Positions 59,546-64,000 of a DNA stretch of 64,000 nt are shown here, piece by piece. A program made the translations under genes and the position numbers. Under the pieces are notes generated by a model, which saw only the letters and a list, made by a program, of their open reading frames with translations, had not been told where the DNA came from and did no database searches. The stretch's first letter is position 1. Each line of letters begins with the position of its first letter. Source of the DNA: Blastocatellia bacterium (GTDB taxonomy: Bacteria > Acidobacteriota > Blastocatellia > UBA7656); contig CAVXWP010000008.1 of assembly GCA_963765495.1 (NCBI GenBank), forward strand, positions 832,001-896,000, in the 5' to 3' direction.

Positions 59546-60381
59546 AACAATCTTCTGGCCAGCGCCTGACTGATCCCCCGATAAGCTCCTCCGGCAAAGC
59601 TGTCTATCAACTTTGCAAACTGCTCGGGATACTCCAACATAGGCAGGAAGCCCGAACCCGTTACAGTCGCAAGCTTCCCCGCCTGCATGCGTGAAAATAT
59701 CTGGCGGGCAAGAACTGATCCGACTCTGTCTTTCTCTCCCGCCACTACCAGCATAGGAGAGTCGCTCTGCTCTATCAACTCTTCAAGCCGGGCGAAGGTA
59801 GCCGGGTCAGCCATAGAGAGCGCGGTTTCATAGGCCGCGCGCGGGCTGAGGTCTGCGAAATCATTAAACAGCCTGTCGCGCTCCGGTTGCGGTGCGCGGC
59901 GAAACCTCCAGCCAATTACGGTGCGGATAAAGGGAAATGCCGCGAGTTCGCGCAATGCAAGCGAGGCAGGCGTAAAAAGAGCCAGTTTTTTCACCTCTTT
60001 TTCGGAGATACCCGAACGCGGGCTGACCAGTACAAGGGCGCGCATATCCTGCGGATGAAGGCTAGCCAGAGCGGCTGTGACAAGTCCTCCTAACTCGTGT
60101 CCGATCAACACCGAATCGAAAAAATCGGCGTGAGTCAGTATGGAGTGCAAATCTTCGGCGTGGTCTTCGATGTCAAACCTCGCGTGGACGGATGCGGGTT
60201 GCGAGCGCCCGACGCCACGCGGATCGAAGATCAGACACCTGTATTTGCGCTCAAGCAATCGGACCACCGGTCGCCAGCATTCGCAACTCATTGCCCAGCC
60301 GCTTGAAAAAACAATAGGCGGTCCCGCGCCTGTGACCTCGTAATAAAGCGGCCCGTCTTTTGTTTTCAGAATTATCGACAT
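59542..60381 (-). CDS. Alpha/beta-hydrolase fold protein with altered catalytic residues
   Basis: G.GPPIVF..GW, DPRGVGRS, GHELGG, GEKD, GFLPMLE.PE.F. Confidence 0.82.
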   Translation of the reverse strand: MSIILKTKDGPLYYEVTGAGPPIVFSSGWAMSCECWRPVVRLLERKYRCLIFDPRGVGRSQPASVHARFDIEDHAEDLHSILTHADFFDSVLIGHELGGLVTAALASLHPQDMRALVLVSPRSGISEKEVKKLALFTPASLALRELAAFPFIRTVIGWRFRRAPQPERDRLFNDFADLSPRAAYETALSMADPATFARLEELIEQSDSPMLVVAGEKDRVGSVLARQIFSRMQAGKLATVTGSGFLPMLEYPEQFAKLIDSFAGGAYRGISQALARRLL

Positions 60382-60481
60382 AAATTTCTTTATCGCACCG
60401 ATTACCTTAATCTGCAATCCGAAGCCGGTCAAGAACGACCGCTCGCCGCGCTCAAGTAGTATCTGTTCAGAAACGGGATAA

Positions 60482-60554
60482 TAGCCACAGAGACACAAAG
60501 ACACAGAGATTTCTTTTATATTCTTCTCTCTGTGGTTCTGTGGCTCTGTGGCTA
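60482..60554. repeat. Inverted 8-mer arrays (CACAGAGA/TCTGTGG)
   Basis: tagccacagagacacaaagacacagaga ... tctctgtggttctgtggctctgtggcta. Confidence 0.75.
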
Positions 60555-60642
60555 ATCTGAACTTCTCACCCCAGGAGAATTCTTGACACGCAGAGAGGCG
60601 ACGGGTAAGATTCGCATTTCGCCTGTGAGGCGGAAAGCTGTC

Positions 60643-61106
60643 ATGCAGTCAGCCGATGAAGATTTCATGCGCGAGGCCCTGGCGGAAGCCGAGACCGCGT
60701 TGCTGGAAGGTGAGGTCCCGGTAGGAGCGGTCATCACCCTCGAAGGCCGAATCATAGGCCGGGGTCATAACCGGGTTATAGGCAGAAATGACCCGACCGC
60801 TCACGCCGAAGTGATGGCGCTCAGAGATGCAGCGAGGCAGATCGGCAATTATCGGTTGACCGACGCTACGCTGTACTCGACTATCGAACCTTGCGCGATG
60901 TGCGCCGGAGCGATAGTCCACGCGCGAATTGCGCGGCTGGTATACGGGGCCCCGGACCCCAAGGCGGGAGCCGTAGAGACACATTTCGGCATCTGCACTG
61001 CGGATTTTTTGAACCATCGGGTGGGGGTAAAAGGGCGTGTCCTTGAGGACGAAAGCCGCTCGATGATACAATCTTTTTTTCGCCGGAAGCGGAAGGGCGA
61101 CATTGC

Positions 61107-61128
<22 letters not shown>
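60643..61128 (+). CDS. tadA: tRNA adenosine(34) deaminase
   Basis: [40 protein letters not shown]. Confidence 0.93.
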
Positions 61129-61196
<68 letters not shown>

Positions 61197-61200
61197 CCTG

Positions 61201-61283
61201 GATTTTAGATTTTAGATTTTAGATTTTGGATTCTTTGGGAAACTCGCTTTGAAATCCAAAATCTAAAATCCAAAATCTAAAAT
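61201..61283. repeat. Inverted heptamer arrays GATTTTA/TAAAATC in the tRNA spacer
   Basis: gatttta x3 gattttggatt ... aatccaaaatctaaaatccaaaatctaaaat. Confidence 0.85.
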
Positions 61284-61285
61284 AG

Positions 61286-61375
<90 letters not shown>

Positions 61376-61389
61376 CCACGCTTTGCTTG

Positions 61390-61486
61390 ATCTCAGATTT
61401 GACATCTGAAATCTGAGAGATGGATTTCGAGATATTTGAAGAGTTTTGATTTGCCGGATCTCAAATGTCAGATGTCAAATCTGAGG
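61390..61486. repeat. Palindromic heptamer-derived spacer between tRNA-Ser and ffs
   Basis: ctcagatttgacatctgaaatctgaga ... tctcaaatgtcagatgtcaaatctgag. Confidence 0.75.
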
Positions 61487-61495
61487 TCCGTTTGA

Positions 61496-61597
61496 CAGGC
61501 TCCGGTCGTTGCGCAATTGCGCGGCTGCAAACCCCGCCAGGCCGGGAACGGAGCAACGGTAGCGGTACGCGGATGTGCGTGGCTTCACCGGAGCCTG
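61496..61597 (+). ncRNA. ffs: Signal recognition particle RNA (small 4.5S type)
   Basis: Helix 8 CCGCCAGG-CCG-GGAA-CGG-AGCAACGG closed by caggctccggt/accggagcctg; located before dnaX. Confidence 0.92.
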
Positions 61598-61749
61598 ACC
61601 AGTCTTTCACCTTTGCAATGTCCACTTGCGACCTTCAAGCGGTAGTTCCTTTCATCTTGCAACTCGTGTGGCTACGGCTTAGACTGAATTGGAACGCGCC
61701 GCTCCGTGTCAGGGCGGCCCTTTAGTTTAATCCCGGAAACGGCTAGTCA

Positions 61750-63660
61750 ATGTCTGATTCACAGGTCATAGCAAGAAAATTCAGGCCGAAGACCTTCGAT
61801 CAGGTGATCGGGCAAGAGGCCATTACGCGCACCCTGAGCAATGCGCTCACCTCCGGGCGCATCCACCACGCATACCTCTTTACCGGCGCTCGCGGAGTCG
61901 GAAAGACAACAACCGCGCGCATCCTGGCGAAGGCGCTAAATTGTGTAAAGGGAATCACTATCGACCCGTGCGGAGAGTGCGCCTCATGCCTTGAGATCGC
62001 CGGGTCCAGGTCCATAGATGTGCTCGAAATTGATGCCGCATCGAATACGGGTGTAGATAACGTCCGCGAAGTTATTATCAATTCCATCCAGATCGCTCCG
62101 GCGCGCGACCGTTACAAGATTTTTATTATTGACGAGGTCCATCAATTATCAACGCCCGCCTTCAACGCGCTGCTAAAGACGCTCGAAGAGCCGCCTCCAA
62201 ATGTGGCCTTTATCATGGCTACGACCGAACTGCACAAGGTACCGGAAACGATACTGTCGCGCTGTCAGGTATTTGAATTCCGTACGATTACGATAAAGAA
62301 GTTATTCGACCAGCTTCGACACATTGCCGATAACCTCGGAGTAAAGATAAGCGACGCGGCATTGCTCGCAATCGCGCGAGCGGGCGAAGGCTCTATGCGC
62401 GATGCCGAATCTGCGCTGGATCAGGTTATAAGTTTTGCCGGACTGGTTGTGAGCGACGATGACGTATCGGCGGCGCTCGGTCTTGTCGATATAGAGACAT
62501 TAAATACGACCCTTCGCGCAATCGGCGAGCAGGACGCTTTGAGCGTCCTCAGAATCGTTGATGAAGTAGTCTCGCGCGGCTACGACTTGAGGAACTTCTG
62601 CCGCGAGATGATGACTCATATAAGGGCGCTGCTTGTCACAAAGATAGTTGGATTCGAACCCGAGCTGCTCCAACTGCCGCCGGGTGAAGGAGAGCAGATA
62701 GTCCGTCTCGCCGAGATGTTTTCCGAACAGGACCTCTTGCGTTTTTTTTCGATACTTACCCGAACCGAACAGGACATCAGGGTCTCTTCACAGCCGCGTC
62801 TTCAATTGGAAGTGGGGTTGATAAAGCTCGTTCATGCGGGCCGCCTGCATCTGCTGGAAGAGGCCCTCAATCAGATTCAGGAGCTAGGCTCTCGTCTTGG
62901 CGCTGGAGGGCAGATATCGGCGCGCGAGGTTCGTTCATCAGGGTACGCTCCGGCGCGGGAAAGCGCGAAGAGTTCCCCTCCACTTGCCCGCCCGGCTACG
63001 GGGCAGACCCCTACACCCGCAGACAAGATAAGCCTGCCGCCTTCGCGCCCTTCATCGAGCGCGGGTAAGCAAACCTCTGCAAGCGAGGCTCGACCGGCAG
63101 AAAGCTTGCCAACAGCGAGTCCGCGGAGGCGGGAACCACCTGCTCAAATGGAAGGGGCGCAACCGCCAAAGCCCGAGCCGCCTTCCGCGCCCCCGGGCTT
63201 TGATGAGCCGCCCGACATGTTTGAAGTCTCGTCACGCGAGGTTGATGAGTCAATGAAGGGTGAACCCGCTTCGGTTGCGAGCGGAGATGAGGTTGAGAGA
63301 ATTAAGAATGCCATTGAGGCCCGAGGGAAGATGATGTTGTTTTCGATCCTCAATCAAGTCGAAAGCATGAAAGTGGATGGGGATATTCTTAGGATAGTAT
63401 TTCCGGCGGTGGGGATTTTGTTTAAGAATAAGATTCAGTCCCGCGAGAATCAGAAATTTATAGAGGAGGTCAGCCGGGAAGTCCTCGGCCGTCCTCTGTC
63501 ATTATCGGTGACAATCAGCGGACAGGCCTCTGCCGGGGAATCAGCGAAGAAGACCAGCAAGACGACAGCCAACAGAAAACACGTCGAGGATGATCCTAAA
63601 ATTCGCGCCCTGGCTGATAAATTCCACGGCAGTATCGAGGTAGTAAAACCGGAAGGTTAA
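61750..63660 (+). CDS. dnaX: DNA polymerase III subunit gamma/tau
   Basis: [15 protein letters not shown], Zn cysteines, EIDAAS, IDEVH, SRC, GSMRDA; Pro-rich linker. Confidence 0.97.
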   Translation: MSDSQVIARKFRPKTFDQVIGQEAITRTLSNALTSGRIHHAYLFTGARGVGKTTTARILAKALNCVKGITIDPCGECASCLEIAGSRSIDVLEIDAASNTGVDNVREVIINSIQIAPARDRYKIFIIDEVHQLSTPAFNALLKTLEEPPPNVAFIMATTELHKVPETILSRCQVFEFRTITIKKLFDQLRHIADNLGVKISDAALLAIARAGEGSMRDAESALDQVISFAGLVVSDDDVSAALGLVDIETLNTTLRAIGEQDALSVLRIVDEVVSRGYDLRNFCREMMTHIRALLVTKIVGFEPELLQLPPGEGEQIVRLAEMFSEQDLLRFFSILTRTEQDIRVSSQPRLQLEVGLIKLVHAGRLHLLEEALNQIQELGSRLGAGGQISAREVRSSGYAPARESAKSSPPLARPATGQTPTPADKISLPPSRPSSSAGKQTSASEARPAESLPTASPRRREPPAQMEGAQPPKPEPPSAPPGFDEPPDMFEVSSREVDESMKGEPASVASGDEVERIKNAIEARGKMMLFSILNQVESMKVDGDILRIVFPAVGILFKNKIQSRENQKFIEEVSREVLGRPLSLSVTISGQASAGESAKKTSKTTANRKHVEDDPKIRALADKFHGSIEVVKPEG

Positions 63661-63757
63661 AACTCTACCCGCGATACTGTTTGCTTATTCGATTGTTACC
63701 GCGAGGAATTTGATAGAATACTTCAGCCAGGAACAGACACAGGAGGGTGAATCAGAT

Positions 63758-64000
63758 ATGAAATTGCCAGGTGGATTCGACATCAACCAGATGATGAAGC
63801 AGGCACAGGAAATGCAGGAAGAGATGCAACGCGAAATGCAGCAATTGCGCGTAGACGCCACCGCAGGTGGCGGCATAATCCACGTTAAGATGAACGGGGC
63901 CAAAGAACTCGTCGAGATCGTAATAGACCCGGAGGCCGTCAAGAATGGCGATGTCGAGATGTTACAAGACCTGATCGTCGCCGCCGTAAACGAAGCGGGG
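63758..64000 (+). CDS. ybaB: YbaB/EbfC nucleoid-associated protein (truncated by window end)
   Basis: MMKQAQEMQ...ATAGGG...NG...IDPE...[16 protein letters not shown]; follows dnaX; RBS aggagg. Confidence 0.93.
   Translation, partial: MKLPGGFDINQMMKQAQEMQEEMQREMQQLRVDATAGGGIIHVKMNGAKELVEIVIDPEAVKNGDVEMLQDLIVAAVNEAG

Noticed and set aside
62742-62749. dnaX frameshift/slippage site (T8 run)
   Set aside because: Lies inside the conserved collar region, too early to give a gamma subunit, and no A AAA AAG-type site with hairpin was seen.

Overview
Bacterial chromosomal window; gene content (four tandem duplicated-orphan ABC permeases, ECF sigma/anti-sigma trio, futalosine mqnC, tadA-tRNA-ffs-dnaX-ybaB) suggests Acidobacteriota, probably Blastocatellia-like (inference). 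Housekeeping genes: pyrK/pyrD, trxC, dnaJ-like, pilD, ggt, tyrS, mqnC, tadA, dnaX, ybaB, three tRNAs and SRP RNA. No integrase, transposase, phage gene or CRISPR array was recognised. The best candidates for undescribed systems are: (1) 9.4-15.3 kb, an actin-fold ATPase resembling archaeal volactin, fused in frame to an HU-like domain and co-oriented with a SPOR protein, a peptidoglycan amidase and two PilZ proteins; (2) 6.35-7.83 kb, a Tat-signal 10-Cys peptide coupled to a membrane-anchored tandem thioredoxin; (3) an encapsulin-cargo ferritin with no shell gene in the window, sitting between an AAA+ ATPase and its VWA partner. Also noted: a candidate structured RNA, pervasive palindromic 7-10 nt tandem-repeat arrays in intergenic gaps, a repeated ~200 bp palindromic element, and a near-identical 3' tract in two permease paralogs. 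All family assignments come from motif recognition by eye; no searches were run.
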